A DNA stretch of 64,000 nucleotides, taken from NCBI RefSeq assembly GCF_044324875.1, contig NZ_CP172185.1; one strand, written 5' to 3'. The notes beneath the pieces are model-generated. The model made no database searches. It was not told the origin of the DNA and saw nothing but the letters and a program-made list of their open reading frames with translations. The first letter of the stretch is position 1; every line of letters starts with the position of its first letter. This document shows positions 37,041-47,799 of this stretch, piece after piece. The stretch comes from Escherichia coli. GTDB lineage: Bacteria; Pseudomonadota; Gammaproteobacteria; Enterobacterales; Enterobacteriaceae. Position numbers and translations under genes: made by a program.

Positions 37041-37289
37041 ATGAAGCCTTATTTTGCTGCTTTGATGTTATCAGTCTCTGCTCTTCCTGCTTATGCTGGT
37101 CCGCTCGGTACTGCTGATAAAACCGACCTACCGCAAAGCAATGTCTCCAGCCCAATGATGGCCCAGTCGCTCAGGCAACCAGACCTGCAACCAATATCGA
37201 CGGACAGGAAGACAGAATGTTTTCGCCTTTACACACCAGATCGCAAACCGGGGGTGAACTGCGTTCCTGATGGCTCGACAGGCCATTAA
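37041..37289 (+). CDS. Small predicted secreted protein (82 aa from ATG 37041; track ORF starts at 37011)
   Basis: N-terminal signal peptide MKPYFAALMLSVSALPAYA-GPLG and AGGTGG Shine-Dalgarno 5-6 nt upstream; may match a small K-12 ORF but not verified. Confidence 0.5.
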   Translation: MKPYFAALMLSVSALPAYAGPLGTADKTDLPQSNVSSPMMAQSLRQPDLQPISTDRKTECFRLYTPDRKPGVNCVPDGSTGH

Positions 37290-37335
37290 GAATGAGGGTG
37301 CCAGTGAGTGCGAAAACTGGCACCTTTTCCATGAC

Positions 37336-39432
37336 TTAGCGGAAATTGACGCTACGGTCGCTGGTCATGTCATACAACTGGAACTTACGCCCAAGTTGCT
37401 GACCACCGTCACGCGTCAGCGGCGTCCAGCCAATCGCCGCACGGCTGCGTGTCGGGCCAGACGAGAAGAGATCCAACGGTACAGAGACATACACGCCTTT
37501 GGTGAAGTCCCCTTCGCCGTACTCCTCTTTCGAAACGTTGGTGATCGTGGCATAGCCGCCAACCACCACGCCGCTGTCAAAGCGTTTGGCTATTTCCAGC
37601 GTGCCGCCTTTATCCCCTGCCAGATACTGCCCGACGCTCGCTTTCACTAACACATCCTGAGCAAAAGATGGCGTCCAGTAGGCGGTCAGATGTCCGGTTT
37701 TCACGCTGTAGTCGGTGAATTTCATCATATCTTTTGCACTACGCCAGTCGCGCTGTTTAACGTAGTTGGCATCCAGACCAAACGCCCAGTTGCTGTCCAG
37801 CGGGCGATACAACACTTCTGCCCCCGCACCGCCAAACATGGTTTCGAGATAACCACCGTAGACCTGACCGTAGAAGCCGTTGCCCAGATGCTGGAAGTAG
37901 TTGGCTTGCAGGTTATTCACATAGACATCATTCTGCACATACTCGCGCACATGGGTACGAACGCGCGGTAAGTGCGAGTCCTGCGGTGGATTGGTGTAGT
38001 TAAACTTGTCGTAGTTGTTGGCAAGATTTGCAAAAAGGCTGCCAGTGGTCAGCAGATGGTCCGTCAGCCACAAATCTGCCGTTCCCATCACGCCCAGCTG
38101 ATACATGTAAAAGTTTTCCGGGCCACCGACCGACTGGTTCAGCACCGGATCGATATGGAAATCAAAGCGTGATTTGTCGATATACCAGCCCTGCTCGGTG
38201 GACTGCGGAACCACTGGCTCGACGCGTTTTTGCGCCAGCGTCGTTTCGTGGCCCAACGGCTCTCCGGCGAGATGATTTTTCAGGCTGGCGACATCGGTTT
38301 CCGTCGTCACCTGCGGCATGTTAAGGCGATTTTCCGTAATGCGGATCGTTTTGATCCCATCCGGCAGATCGTTCATCACGATCCGATTAGCACGGATGAT
38401 CCCTTCACGCGAATCACGATATTTCACCTGCTCGCCGGTGACATACAGCGTATCGCCTTTCGCCTGGATCTGCGGATCGGCCAGTCCGGCGTTGTATTTC
38501 AACAGCGTTAACTGATTCGCCACCACCGAGTGCTGCAAAATGGCATCCTGCGACTGCGGTTGATATTGCGGGCGGGCGTTATCGTTGTAAGACGGGCGCA
38601 GATCGTTAAAGTTGGTGCGCAACGTAACGCCAAACATAAAGGTGTTGCCACGTTCATAGCTAAGGTTAACGTCGGCCCAATCGGTAACGCGATAAATCGC
38701 CCCGACGTTAAACTTACTTTTTTGCTCCAGCTTCCCGGCAAAATCCTGCTGATAATTATTACCTTCATACTCCAGTTTCAGGCGCAGCGGTTGCCAGGGC
38801 GTCTGGTATTCCACGCCGCCAAACAGTGAGGCAGGACCGTGGAACATCTGGCTACCGTCGATAGATCCCGCTTGTTTGTAGCTGTTATCGCGATAGCAAT
38901 ATTTATCGCTGGCTGAACAGAGCGGATTTTTTACATTACCGCTGGTGCCCAGATATCCCCAGCCCAGGCCGAGCGTAAAATCGAACGGCCCCCAGGCTTT
39001 GCTGGCAACAAGATATTCCGCATCAAACAGCCCCGTACCGCCGATATCCCGCGCACCAACCGCCACTTGCGGCAGCCAATAACTCTCTTCCCACAAACGC
39101 AGTTTGAGATCGAAGGCTTTATCTTTATACGTTTGATCACCAGAGAACGCTTCGACGCTGCTGTACTGCCGGGTGCGCACGTCGGTGTAGCGCAGCGTTG
39201 TTTCCAGCCACGGGAAGAGTTGCACTGAAGCTGAGTAATAACGGTACTGATCGTTATCTCGATAGTTCAGGCTCAACTCCCCTTCCCGCGCCATGCGCGC
39301 GGTGGGCGTTTGTAATAATCCTACGCCACCGAAATCCGACTGCGACGGACCAATGGGCGCAGGATATGTTTCGCCGTAGCAAGCTGTGCTAATGCCCAGC
39401 GCCAGTAAGCTAAGCAGATGTCTTTTTTTCAT
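37336..39432 (-). CDS. yjbH: YjbH, predicted outer-membrane protein of the yjbEFGH operon
   Basis: 698-aa translation [51 protein letters not shown]...; last gene of a four-gene same-strand cluster. Confidence 0.88.
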   Translation of the reverse strand: MKKRHLLSLLALGISTACYGETYPAPIGPSQSDFGGVGLLQTPTARMAREGELSLNYRDNDQYRYYSASVQLFPWLETTLRYTDVRTRQYSSVEAFSGDQTYKDKAFDLKLRLWEESYWLPQVAVGARDIGGTGLFDAEYLVASKAWGPFDFTLGLGWGYLGTSGNVKNPLCSASDKYCYRDNSYKQAGSIDGSQMFHGPASLFGGVEYQTPWQPLRLKLEYEGNNYQQDFAGKLEQKSKFNVGAIYRVTDWADVNLSYERGNTFMFGVTLRTNFNDLRPSYNDNARPQYQPQSQDAILQHSVVANQLTLLKYNAGLADPQIQAKGDTLYVTGEQVKYRDSREGIIRANRIVMNDLPDGIKTIRITENRLNMPQVTTETDVASLKNHLAGEPLGHETTLAQKRVEPVVPQSTEQGWYIDKSRFDFHIDPVLNQSVGGPENFYMYQLGVMGTADLWLTDHLLTTGSLFANLANNYDKFNYTNPPQDSHLPRVRTHVREYVQNDVYVNNLQANYFQHLGNGFYGQVYGGYLETMFGGAGAEVLYRPLDSNWAFGLDANYVKQRDWRSAKDMMKFTDYSVKTGHLTAYWTPSFAQDVLVKASVGQYLAGDKGGTLEIAKRFDSGVVVGGYATITNVSKEEYGEGDFTKGVYVSVPLDLFSSGPTRSRAAIGWTPLTRDGGQQLGRKFQLYDMTSDRSVNFR

Positions 39433-40169
39433 TATTGAGGTATCCGCTGCGTCAGAGTCTGAAGAATGTCGGCGTTAAGGGCATCAGGCGTCTCACTCCA
39501 GACGGAGTCCGCGAGGCCAACATAAATAATGCTGCCGGGCATCGGCTCTACGTGACGCTTGTTCCAGTAAGCCACCGGCGCTTTTTGCGTGCGTCCGTCC
39601 GGGTAAACCACCCACGCGTAGCTGCGATCCGCACTGCTAAGCAGGTTCTGGCCGGAGAGATAGCTTGCGACGTCGCGACCTGGAGTGAATGGCTGCTTGC
39701 CAGGACGGCTGATAAGCCCGAATAACGTGACCGTGGACGGCGGTGGTCCGACCCACAGCGTGTAGTTGCCCTGCAACGGCGGGTTACCGCGTTCAGCAAC
39801 GCGGACGATATCGGGATCAAGATTGATTTTTTGCCTGCCCGTCACCTTCAACGCCTGAATTTGCTGGCGTAAGGCGTTAATGGCGGCGGCATCGTCAGCG
39901 CTGGAGTCTGCGGCCAGTTCTGCCAGCCGTGTCAGCAACGCCTGCTGCTGACGCAATGCTGCCGCCGTTGCCAGCTCTTCGCTAATCACCGCACCGGGCC
40001 ACCAACTGTTTGCCAGCCGTGGTTGGCCTACCAGATCGATTAAATGCTCTGCACCCGTCAGCGTTTTGGCCTCACTGCTGCCATTGCTGAACACCTTGAC
40101 GGTTCCTGCCGCGAAGACCGATGACGCCCCCACACTCAAAATCAATGCGACAATAGTTTGTTTAATCAT
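39432..40169 (-). CDS. yjbG: YjbG (yjbEFGH operon)
   Basis: 245-aa translation [47 protein letters not shown]...; 4-bp start/stop overlap with yjbF. Confidence 0.88.
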   Translation of the reverse strand: MIKQTIVALILSVGASSVFAAGTVKVFSNGSSEAKTLTGAEHLIDLVGQPRLANSWWPGAVISEELATAAALRQQQALLTRLAELAADSSADDAAAINALRQQIQALKVTGRQKINLDPDIVRVAERGNPPLQGNYTLWVGPPPSTVTLFGLISRPGKQPFTPGRDVASYLSGQNLLSSADRSYAWVVYPDGRTQKAPVAYWNKRHVEPMPGSIIYVGLADSVWSETPDALNADILQTLTQRIPQ

Positions 40170-40804
40170 TGTTTTGCCGCCTTGATGAGAGTGGTTTTCA
40201 CCGGGAAATAATCCGCGCCGAGATACTGTTCCGACTGGCGAATTTGCCCTTCGCTGTCGATCCAGTAGCGGTTATGCCAGCGCGCCTGGTCGGTGGAGAC
40301 TTCTTCGTCCAGCACGCGAACCGGGGTTTCATCGCTGCCGACTTTGACGGTATCGGTGCCATCCCATTTGAAGACTGAGCGTGCGGTGGCGTAGCGTACC
40401 TGCTGGTACTCGGTCCAGCCCATCGTGCGCGTCCATGTTGCACCATCAACAATTTGTGCGGGTTTAATCAGCGGGTCGGCAGCAAGGTTATTCACTTCAA
40501 TCAGGTTGTCGCCGCCAAGCAAAGTCTTCACCAGACGACCATGTTGTGTGACGAGAGTGGCCTGATCCTGAGTGACCCATTTTTGTTGTCCGTCTTCAGC
40601 AAAGGCCAGCACCACAAACAATTGCGGCCCGCCATTAAGCTGCATGTACTGGCTGGCGTAGGGCATATTTTGAATATCATCGTCCGTCAGCTGTACGCCT
40701 GGCGTGCCGAACAGACTGTCCCACAGCGAATTGCCCAGCTCTTTAGTCGTGGCTGAACAGGCCTGTAATAGCAGGCAGATAAGAATGAGTGCAGGTCGCT
40801 TCAC
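40166..40804 (-). CDS. yjbF: YjbF, predicted lipoprotein (GTG start; track ORF extends to 40834)
   Basis: (V)KRPALILICLLLQAC lipobox signal then SATTKELGNSLWDSLF... Confidence 0.85.
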   Translation of the reverse strand: MKRPALILICLLLQACSATTKELGNSLWDSLFGTPGVQLTDDDIQNMPYASQYMQLNGGPQLFVVLAFAEDGQQKWVTQDQATLVTQHGRLVKTLLGGDNLIEVNNLAADPLIKPAQIVDGATWTRTMGWTEYQQVRYATARSVFKWDGTDTVKVGSDETPVRVLDEEVSTDQARWHNRYWIDSEGQIRQSEQYLGADYFPVKTTLIKAAKQ

Positions 40805-40917
40805 GACTCTTCTCCAGAGGGGCAGAATAACCACACCGGAGTGTGGTTATGGTAAATCCCTTCATACTTCAAGCCACAGATGCAATGACTCGAATTATTT
40901 TGGGGATACATACTTTA

Positions 40918-41160
40918 TTACTGGGTACTGGTGGTCGTGGTTGTTGTGGTCCCGGTATTAGAACCATCACCGCCACCGGTTGCCGCGAGCGCGACACCCA
41001 CCGCCGAGCTTACGGTGCTGACGCTGGTCGCGGAGGAACTACCCGCCGAAACCGACGTTGCTGCCGACCCTGCCGCTTCGCCCACCTGTACAGGTGCAGC
41101 CCACGCAGAAGTCGCCGCAAGCGCAGATATGGCAAAAATGCCATACAGAACTTTTTTCAT
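40918..41160 (-). CDS. yjbE: YjbE, small secreted low-complexity protein
   Basis: 80-aa translation [47 protein letters not shown]...[12 protein letters not shown]. Confidence 0.85.
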
Positions 41161-41465
41161 AACAATTTCCCTTCATTGAATGAATGGAGATTTACCCAAA
41201 AACATTTCGGGCGGGATCGAGTATACACAACTAAAGCATGCGAATTACGGTGTGGGGAATTAGCGATGGGGTTTTAGGATAATTGGAATGAATATCAAAT
41301 ATAAGTTTCAACTTATATATAAATAAGATTAAAAATCAAAAAGTTAAAATAGAATCAAAAATAATCAACCTACGTATTTTCCGAAATCAATCACGATTAA
41401 AAATTTATTTTAGGATTAACCTCACAGCATGATTTCCGTTAAATCACAGACAAGGGGATTTATCT

Positions 41466-41492
41466 GATAAAAAATGCCGACATAACGTCGGC
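41466..41492 (-). terminator. Rho-independent terminator downstream of pgi
   Basis: Minus-strand GCCGACGTTATGTCGGC hairpin followed by ATTTTTTAT. Confidence 0.75.
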
Positions 41493-41513
41493 ATTGTTAT
41501 TAAGGTTATTTAA

Positions 41514-43163
41514 TTAACCGCGCCACGCTTTATAGCGGTTAATCAGACCATTGGTCGAGCTATCGTGGCTGCTGATTTCTTTATCATCTTTCAGCTCTGG
41601 CAGAATACGGTTCGCCAGTTGTTTACCCAGCTCCACGCCCCACTGGTCGAAGGTGAAGATGTTCAGAATCACGCCCTGAGTAAAGATTTTGTGCTCATAC
41701 AGCGCAATCAACGCACCCAGGCTGAACGGAGTGATTTCGCGCAGCAGGATGGAGTTGGTCGGGCGGTTACCTTCGAACACTTTGAACGGCACCACGTAGT
41801 CAAGCGTTGCCGGATCTTTACCCTGATCACGATATTCCTGCTCAACCACTTCGCGGGATTTACCAAACGCCAGCGCTTCGGTCTGAGCAAAGAAGTTAGA
41901 CAGCAGTTTCTGGTGATGATCAGAGAGCGGGTTATGGGTGATAGCCGGGGCGATGAAATCGCACGGTACCATTTTGGTTCCCTGGTGGATCAGCTGGTAG
42001 AACGCGTGCTGACCGTTAGTGCCTGGTTCACCCCAGATAATCGGGCCAGTCTGGTAATTCACGACGTTACCGTTACGGTCAACGTACTTACCGTTGGACT
42101 CCATATTGCCCTGCTGGAAGTACGCCGCGAAACGGTGCATATACTGGTCATACGGCAGAATCGCTTCAGTTTCCGCGCCAAAGAAATTGTTGTACCAGAT
42201 GCCAATCAGCGCCAGTAGTACAGGCAGGTTTTTCTCGGCAGGCGTGGTGGAGAAATGCTTGTCCATCGCGTGTGCGCCAGAAAGCAGTTCAACGAAGTTA
42301 TCAAAGCCGATGGAGAGAACAATCGACAGGCCAATCGCTGACCACAAAGAGTAACGGCCGCCAACCCAGTCCCAGAACTCGAACATGTTGGCAGTATCAA
42401 TACCAAACTCGCCAACGGCTTTGGCATTGGTTGAGAGCGCCGCAAAGTGTTTTGCAACGTGTTTTTCATCACCTGCCGCTTTCAGGAACCAGTCACGCGC
42501 GCTATGGGCGTTGGTCATAGTTTCCTGAGTGGTGAAGGTTTTAGAGGCTACCAGGAACAGCGTGGTTTCCGGGTTTACTTTTTTCAGCACTTCCGCGATG
42601 TGAGTCCCATCGACGTTAGAAACAAAGTGCATGTTCAGGTGATTTTTGTACGGACGCAGTGCTTCGGTCACCATGTACGGGCCGAGGTCAGAACCACCGA
42701 TCCCGATGTTCACTACGTCAGTGATTGCTTTGCCGGTATAACCCTTCCACTCACCGGAAATAATCGCTTCCGAGAAGGTTTTCATCTTCTCCAGCACCGC
42801 GTTGACTTCTGGCATTACGTCTTTGCCATCAACCAGAATCGGGGTATTGCTACGGTTACGCAGCGCTACGTGCAGCACGGCGCGGTTTTCAGTGCGGTTG
42901 ATCTTCTCGCCAGAGAACATCGACTTAATCGCGCCCGCCAGATCGCACTCTTTCGCCAGATCTTGTAATTTCGCCAGCGTCTCTTCAGTGATGCGGTTTT
43001 TGGAGTAATCCACCAGCATCTGATCGTCGAAGGTTGCGGAGAACTTAGAAAAACGATCGCCGTCTTTAGCAAAAAGATCGGCGATCGTAACGTCTTTCAT
43101 TTCATCGAAGTGTTTCTGTAGTGCCTGCCAGGCAGCGGTCTGCGTTGGATTGATGTTTTTCAT
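41514..43163 (-). CDS. pgi: Glucose-6-phosphate isomerase (track ORF extends to 43169 by an alternative start)
   Basis: Translation [63 protein letters not shown]... gives 549 aa. Confidence 0.98.
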   Translation of the reverse strand: MKNINPTQTAAWQALQKHFDEMKDVTIADLFAKDGDRFSKFSATFDDQMLVDYSKNRITEETLAKLQDLAKECDLAGAIKSMFSGEKINRTENRAVLHVALRNRSNTPILVDGKDVMPEVNAVLEKMKTFSEAIISGEWKGYTGKAITDVVNIGIGGSDLGPYMVTEALRPYKNHLNMHFVSNVDGTHIAEVLKKVNPETTLFLVASKTFTTQETMTNAHSARDWFLKAAGDEKHVAKHFAALSTNAKAVGEFGIDTANMFEFWDWVGGRYSLWSAIGLSIVLSIGFDNFVELLSGAHAMDKHFSTTPAEKNLPVLLALIGIWYNNFFGAETEAILPYDQYMHRFAAYFQQGNMESNGKYVDRNGNVVNYQTGPIIWGEPGTNGQHAFYQLIHQGTKMVPCDFIAPAITHNPLSDHHQKLLSNFFAQTEALAFGKSREVVEQEYRDQGKDPATLDYVVPFKVFEGNRPTNSILLREITPFSLGALIALYEHKIFTQGVILNIFTFDQWGVELGKQLANRILPELKDDKEISSHDSSTNGLINRYKAWRG

Positions 43164-43399
43164 TAGCAATACTCTTCTGATTTTGAGAATTGTGACTTTG
43201 GAAGATTGTAGCGCCAGTCACAGAAAAATGTGATGGTTTTAGTGCCGTTAGCGTAATGTTGAGTGTAAACCCTTAGCGCAGTGAAGCATTTATTAGCTGA
43301 ACTACTGACCGCCAGGAGTGGATGAAAAATCCGCATGACCCCATCGTTGACAACCGCCCCGCTCACCCTTTATTTATAAATGTACTACCTGCGCTAGCG

Positions 43400-43625
43400 C
43401 AGGCCAGAAGAGGCGCGTTGCCCAAGTAACGGTGTTGGAGGAGCCAGTCCTGTGATAACACCTGAGGGGGTGCATCGCCGAGGTGATTGAACGGCTGGCC
43501 ACGTTCATCATCGGCTACAGGGGCTGAATCCCCTGGGTTGTCACCAGAAGCGTTCGCAGTCGGGCGTTTCGCAAGTGGTGGAGCACTTCTGGGTGAAAAT
43601 AGTAGCGAAGTATCGCTCTGCGCCC
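43400..43625 (+). promoter_or_regulatory. Lysine riboswitch (L-box) in the lysC leader; boundaries approximate
   Basis: Long structured leader upstream of lysC with L-box-like elements (AGAGGCGC...TTGCC..., GGAGGAG, GAGGGG, ...CCAGAAG...); E. coli lysC is known to carry a lysine riboswitch. Confidence 0.6.
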
Positions 43626-43687
43626 ACCCGTCTTCCGCTCTTCCCTTGTGCCAAGGCTGAAAATGGATCCCCTGACACGAGGTAGTT

Positions 43688-45037
43688 ATGTCTGAAATTG
43701 TTGTCTCCAAATTTGGCGGTACCAGCGTAGCTGATTTTGACGCCATGAACCGCAGCGCTGATATTGTGCTTTCTGATGCCAACGTACGTTTAGTTGTTCT
43801 CTCGGCTTCTGCTGGTATCACTAATCTGCTGGTCGCTTTAGCTGAAGGACTGGAACCTGGCGAGCGATTCGAAAAACTCGACGCAATCCGCAATATCCAG
43901 TTTGCCATTCTGGAACGTCTGCGTTACCCGAACGTTATCCGTGAAGAGATTGAACGTCTGCTGGAGAACATTACTGTTCTGGCAGAAGCGGCGGCGCTGG
44001 CAACGTCTCCGGCGCTGACAGATGAACTGGTCAGCCACGGCGAGCTGATGTCGACCCTGCTGTTTGTCGAAATCCTGCGCGAACGCGATGTTCAGGCACA
44101 GTGGTTTGATGTACGTAAAGTGATGCGTACCAACGACCGATTTGGTCGTGCAGAGCCAGATGTAGCCGCGCTGGCGGAACTGGCCGCGCTGCAGCTGCTC
44201 CCACGCCTCAATGAAGGCTTAGTGATCACCCAGGGATTTATCGGTAGCGAAAATAAAGGTCGGACAACGACGCTTGGCCGTGGAGGCAGCGATTATACGG
44301 CAGCCTTGCTGGCGGAGGCTTTACACGCATCTCGTGTTGATATCTGGACCGACGTCCCGGGCATCTACACCACCGATCCACGCGTGGTTTCCGCAGCAAA
44401 ACGCATTGATGAAATCGCGTTTGCCGAAGCGGCAGAGATGGCAACTTTTGGTGCAAAAGTACTGCATCCGGCAACGTTGCTACCCGCAGTACGTAGCGAT
44501 ATCCCGGTCTTTGTTGGCTCCAGCAAAGACCCACGCGCAGGTGGTACGCTGGTGTGCAATAAAACTGAAAATCCGCCGCTATTCCGCGCGCTGGCGCTTC
44601 GTCGCAATCAGACTCTGCTCACTTTGCACAGCCTGAATATGCTGCATTCTCGCGGTTTCCTCGCGGAAGTTTTCGGCATCCTCGCGCGGCATAATATTTC
44701 GGTAGACTTAATCACCACGTCAGAAGTGAGCGTGGCATTAACCCTTGATACCACCGGTTCAACCTCCACTGGCGATACCTTGCTGACGCAATCTCTGCTG
44801 ATGGAGCTGTCTGCACTATGCCGGGTAGAAGTGGAGGAAGGTCTGGCGCTGGTCGCGTTGATTGGCAATGACCTGTCAAAAGCCTGCGGCGTTGGCAAAG
44901 AGGTATTCGGCGTACTGGAACCGTTCAACATTCGCATGATTTGTTACGGCGCATCCAGCCATAACCTGTGCTTCCTGGTGCCCGGCGAAGATGCCGAGCA
45001 GGTGGTGCAAAAACTGCATTTTAATTTGTTTGAGTAA
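43688..45037 (+). CDS. lysC: Lysine-sensitive aspartokinase III
   Basis: 449-aa translation MSEIVVSKFGGTSVADFDAMNRSADIVLSDANVRLVVLSASAGITNLLVALAEG... Confidence 0.98.
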   Translation: MSEIVVSKFGGTSVADFDAMNRSADIVLSDANVRLVVLSASAGITNLLVALAEGLEPGERFEKLDAIRNIQFAILERLRYPNVIREEIERLLENITVLAEAAALATSPALTDELVSHGELMSTLLFVEILRERDVQAQWFDVRKVMRTNDRFGRAEPDVAALAELAALQLLPRLNEGLVITQGFIGSENKGRTTTLGRGGSDYTAALLAEALHASRVDIWTDVPGIYTTDPRVVSAAKRIDEIAFAEAAEMATFGAKVLHPATLLPAVRSDIPVFVGSSKDPRAGGTLVCNKTENPPLFRALALRRNQTLLTLHSLNMLHSRGFLAEVFGILARHNISVDLITTSEVSVALTLDTTGSTSTGDTLLTQSLLMELSALCRVEVEEGLALVALIGNDLSKACGVGKEVFGVLEPFNIRMICYGASSHNLCFLVPGEDAEQVVQKLHFNLFE

Positions 45038-45046
45038 ACACAGTAT

Positions 45047-45085
45047 GGCCCGGAAGACATTATTTCGGGCCGTATTGTTTTTCTT
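45047..45085 (+). terminator. Rho-independent terminator downstream of lysC
   Basis: GGCCCGGAA...TTCGGGCC hairpin followed by GTATTGTTTTTCTT. Confidence 0.7.
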
Positions 45086-45289
45086 GTCATTATGCTTATC
45101 AATAAACGAGCCTGTACTCTGTTAACCAGCGTCTTTATCGGAGAATAATTGCCTTTAATTTTTTATCTGCATCTCTAACTAATTAGAGAAAGAGATAAAT
45201 AGTTAAGAGAAGGCAAAATGAATATTATCAGTTCTGCTCGCAAACGAATTCCCGTACACTGAACTCTCTGGCTCACTGAGGGCACCATC

Positions 45290-45562
45290 ATGGCACTCCC
45301 CCGTATTACCCAAAAAGAGATGACTGAACGCGAGCAGCGTGAACTAAAAACATTGCTGGATCGCGCACGGATTGCGCATGGTCGCGTGTTGACTAATTCG
45401 GAAACCAACAGCATTAAAAAAGAGTACATCGATAAGCTGATGGTTGAGCGTGAAGCAGCAGCAAAAAAAGCCCGCCAATTGAAGAAAAAGCAGGCTTATA
45501 AACCGGATCCTGAAGCGTCATTTAGCTGGTCAGCAAATACGTCGACGCGCGGCAGGCGCTGA
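45290..45562 (+). CDS. yjbD: Uncharacterised protein YjbD (DUF3811-like, 90 aa)
   Basis: Translation MALPRITQKEMTEREQRELKTLLDRARIAHGRVLTNSETNSIKKEY...; convergent with and abutting the rluF stop. Confidence 0.85.
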   Translation: MALPRITQKEMTEREQRELKTLLDRARIAHGRVLTNSETNSIKKEYIDKLMVEREAAAKKARQLKKKQAYKPDPEASFSWSANTSTRGRR

Positions 45563-46435
45563 TTAACGCCCCTTCTTTTTACGCCCCGGCGAGGTAAAAC
45601 GCTTACCGTTGGACGCCGGGCGACCGCCTTTTTCCGCCGTTTTTTCCATCTTAACGACTGGACGTTTGATGCCCGCCGTTTTCGGTTTGGCCTTCGTTTT
45701 AGGTTTTGCCTCGGAAGAGGAATTTTCGATGAGCTTAAAGAGGTCGATTAACTCATCGTCAGTTAAATCGCGCCACTCACCCAGCGGAATGCCGCTTAAG
45801 CTGACGTTCATAATGCGCGTACGTTCCAGCTTTTTCACTTCGTAACCAAAGTGCTCGCACATGCGCCGGATCTGACGGTTCAGCCCCTGCACCAGGGTAA
45901 TGCGGAAGACAAACGGCGCTTCTTTTTTGACTTTGCACTTTTTCGTCACCGTCCCGAGGATCGGCACCCCCGCCCCCATACCACGAATAAATTCATCGGT
46001 AATCGGTTTATCGACCGTCACCAGATACTCTTTCTCATGATCGTTACCCGCACGGAGGATCTTATTCACTAGATCGCCGTGATTGGTGAGGAAAATCAGC
46101 CCCTGGGAGTCTTTATCCAGGCGGCCAATCGGGAACACGCGTTTGCTGTGGTTAACGAAATCGACAATGTTATCGCGCTCGCCATCTTCGGTGGTGCTGA
46201 CAATACCGACGGGCTTGTTCAGGGCGATAAGTACCAAATCTTCGGCTTCCCGAGGCTCAATCAACTGACCGTTTACTTTCACAACGTCGCCGGGTTTCAC
46301 CTGATCGCCAATGGTGGCTCGCTTGCCATTAAGGAACACATTGCCTTGCTCGATATAGCGATCCGCTTCGCGGCGTGAGCAAATTCCGCTTTCGCTGATG
46401 TATTTATTTAAACGGACTGATGAGTCGGGCAGCAT
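45563..46435 (-). CDS. rluF: 23S rRNA pseudouridine synthase F
   Basis: 290-aa translation with S4 domain [33 protein letters not shown] and RsuA-type catalytic motif [12 protein letters not shown]. Confidence 0.93.
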   Translation of the reverse strand: MLPDSSVRLNKYISESGICSRREADRYIEQGNVFLNGKRATIGDQVKPGDVVKVNGQLIEPREAEDLVLIALNKPVGIVSTTEDGERDNIVDFVNHSKRVFPIGRLDKDSQGLIFLTNHGDLVNKILRAGNDHEKEYLVTVDKPITDEFIRGMGAGVPILGTVTKKCKVKKEAPFVFRITLVQGLNRQIRRMCEHFGYEVKKLERTRIMNVSLSGIPLGEWRDLTDDELIDLFKLIENSSSEAKPKTKAKPKTAGIKRPVVKMEKTAEKGGRPASNGKRFTSPGRKKKGR

Positions 46436-46752
46436 AAATTCTCCTGTAAAACGCGGAATATACCGTACCTCTTAGCGGGGAAAAACAGGGTTATGCGGCA
46501 ACGTCGAAATTAAATGTGATCTGCCACGCCTTTTATCACAAAAGTGTCTCCGGAAGTACGATGCAAATTTGCCTGGCAAAATAAGGATAATCAACATATT
46601 ACGAATCGCTGCACACCTGTGCTGATGACTACTACGCAGAGAAACAAATGTGCAAGAGAAAGCGCTATTTCTCCCCATGCAAAGAGTGAAAAATCGCTTT
46701 GAAAGGCCCTCATGATGGGGTTATATCAGATCAAGCGGTGAGAAAGCGTATT

Positions 46753-46766
46753 TGCACAAATGTGCA
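46753..46766. promoter_or_regulatory. Perfect 14-bp palindrome TGCACAAATGTGCA upstream of sorC, candidate operator
   Basis: Inverted repeat seen directly, about 17 bp upstream of the sorC ATG; function inferred. Confidence 0.4.
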
Positions 46767-46782
46767 GAACCAGGAGGCGGCA

Positions 46783-47730
46783 ATGGAAAACAGTGACGAT
46801 ATCCGTTTGATTGTGAAGATTGCCCAACTCTATTACGAACAGGATATGACGCAGGCGCAAATCGCGCGCGAACTGGGTATTTACCGCACCACCATCAGCC
46901 GCTTGCTTAAACGAGGCCGCGATCAGGGAATTGTCACCATCGCCATCAACTATGACTACAACGAAAATCTCTGGCTGGAGCAGCAACTGAAGCAAAAGTT
47001 TGGCCTGAAAGACGTTGTGGTGGTGTCGGGAAATGATGAGGATGAAGAGACTCAACTGGCGATGATGGGGTTACACGGCGCGCAACTGCTGGATCGCTTG
47101 CTGGAACCTGGCGATATTGTCGGTTTTTCCTGGGGTCGCGCGGTGAGCGCACTGGTTGAAAACTTGCCGCAGGCGGGGCAATCGCGGCAGTTAATCTGCG
47201 TACCAATTATTGGCGGACCGTCCGGTAAACTCGAAAGCCGCTATCATGTAAACACATTAACCTACAGCGCGGCAGCGAAGCTGAAAGGGGAATCGCATCT
47301 CGCGGATTTTCCGGCTCTGCTGGATAACCCATTAATTCGTAATGGGATCATGCAGTCTCAGCACTTTAAAACCATCTCTGCCTACTGGGATAATCTGGAT
47401 GTCGCCCTGGTGGGAATTGGCTCACCGGCCATTCGCGACGGCGCTAACTGGCATGCGTTTTATGGTGGTGAAGAGAGTGACGACCTGAATGCCCGCCAGG
47501 TTGCTGGCGATATTTGCTCGCGCTTTTTTGATATTCACGGCGCAATGGTTGAAACGAATATGAGTGAAAAAACACTCTCTATCGAAATGAATAAATTAAA
47601 GCAGGCACGATATTCCATTGGCATTGCCATGAGTGAAGAAAAATACAGCGGAATAGTTGGTGCACTGCGTGGAAAATATATTAATTGTCTGGTAACGAAT
47701 AGCAGCACAGCTGAACTATTACTGAAATAA
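46783..47730 (+). CDS. sorC: SorC-family transcriptional regulator of the sorbose operon (track ORF starts at 46699)
   Basis: Translation MENSDDIRLIVKIAQLYYEQDMTQAQIARELGIYRTTISRLLKRGRDQGIV... (N-terminal HTH plus sugar-binding domain), 315 aa; AGGAGG Shine-Dalgarno. Confidence 0.85.
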   Translation: MENSDDIRLIVKIAQLYYEQDMTQAQIARELGIYRTTISRLLKRGRDQGIVTIAINYDYNENLWLEQQLKQKFGLKDVVVVSGNDEDEETQLAMMGLHGAQLLDRLLEPGDIVGFSWGRAVSALVENLPQAGQSRQLICVPIIGGPSGKLESRYHVNTLTYSAAAKLKGESHLADFPALLDNPLIRNGIMQSQHFKTISAYWDNLDVALVGIGSPAIRDGANWHAFYGGEESDDLNARQVAGDICSRFFDIHGAMVETNMSEKTLSIEMNKLKQARYSIGIAMSEEKYSGIVGALRGKYINCLVTNSSTAELLLK

Positions 47731-47799
47731 AAATCTTCCCGATGTTTACCGTAATAAAAATTACGGCGGGTCCCTATTATCTAAAAACAGGAGTCTGTT

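Noticed and set aside
41565-42968. 217-aa and 173-aa plus-strand ORFs
   Set aside because: Antisense inside pgi
43363-43908. 181-aa minus-strand ORF
   Set aside because: Overlaps the lysC riboswitch leader and the lysC 5' end in antisense; no start context
45186-45232. 14-codon mini-ORF (MNIISSARKRIPVH) upstream of yjbD
   Set aside because: Could be a leader peptide, but it is too short and lacks an attenuator-like structure to support a call
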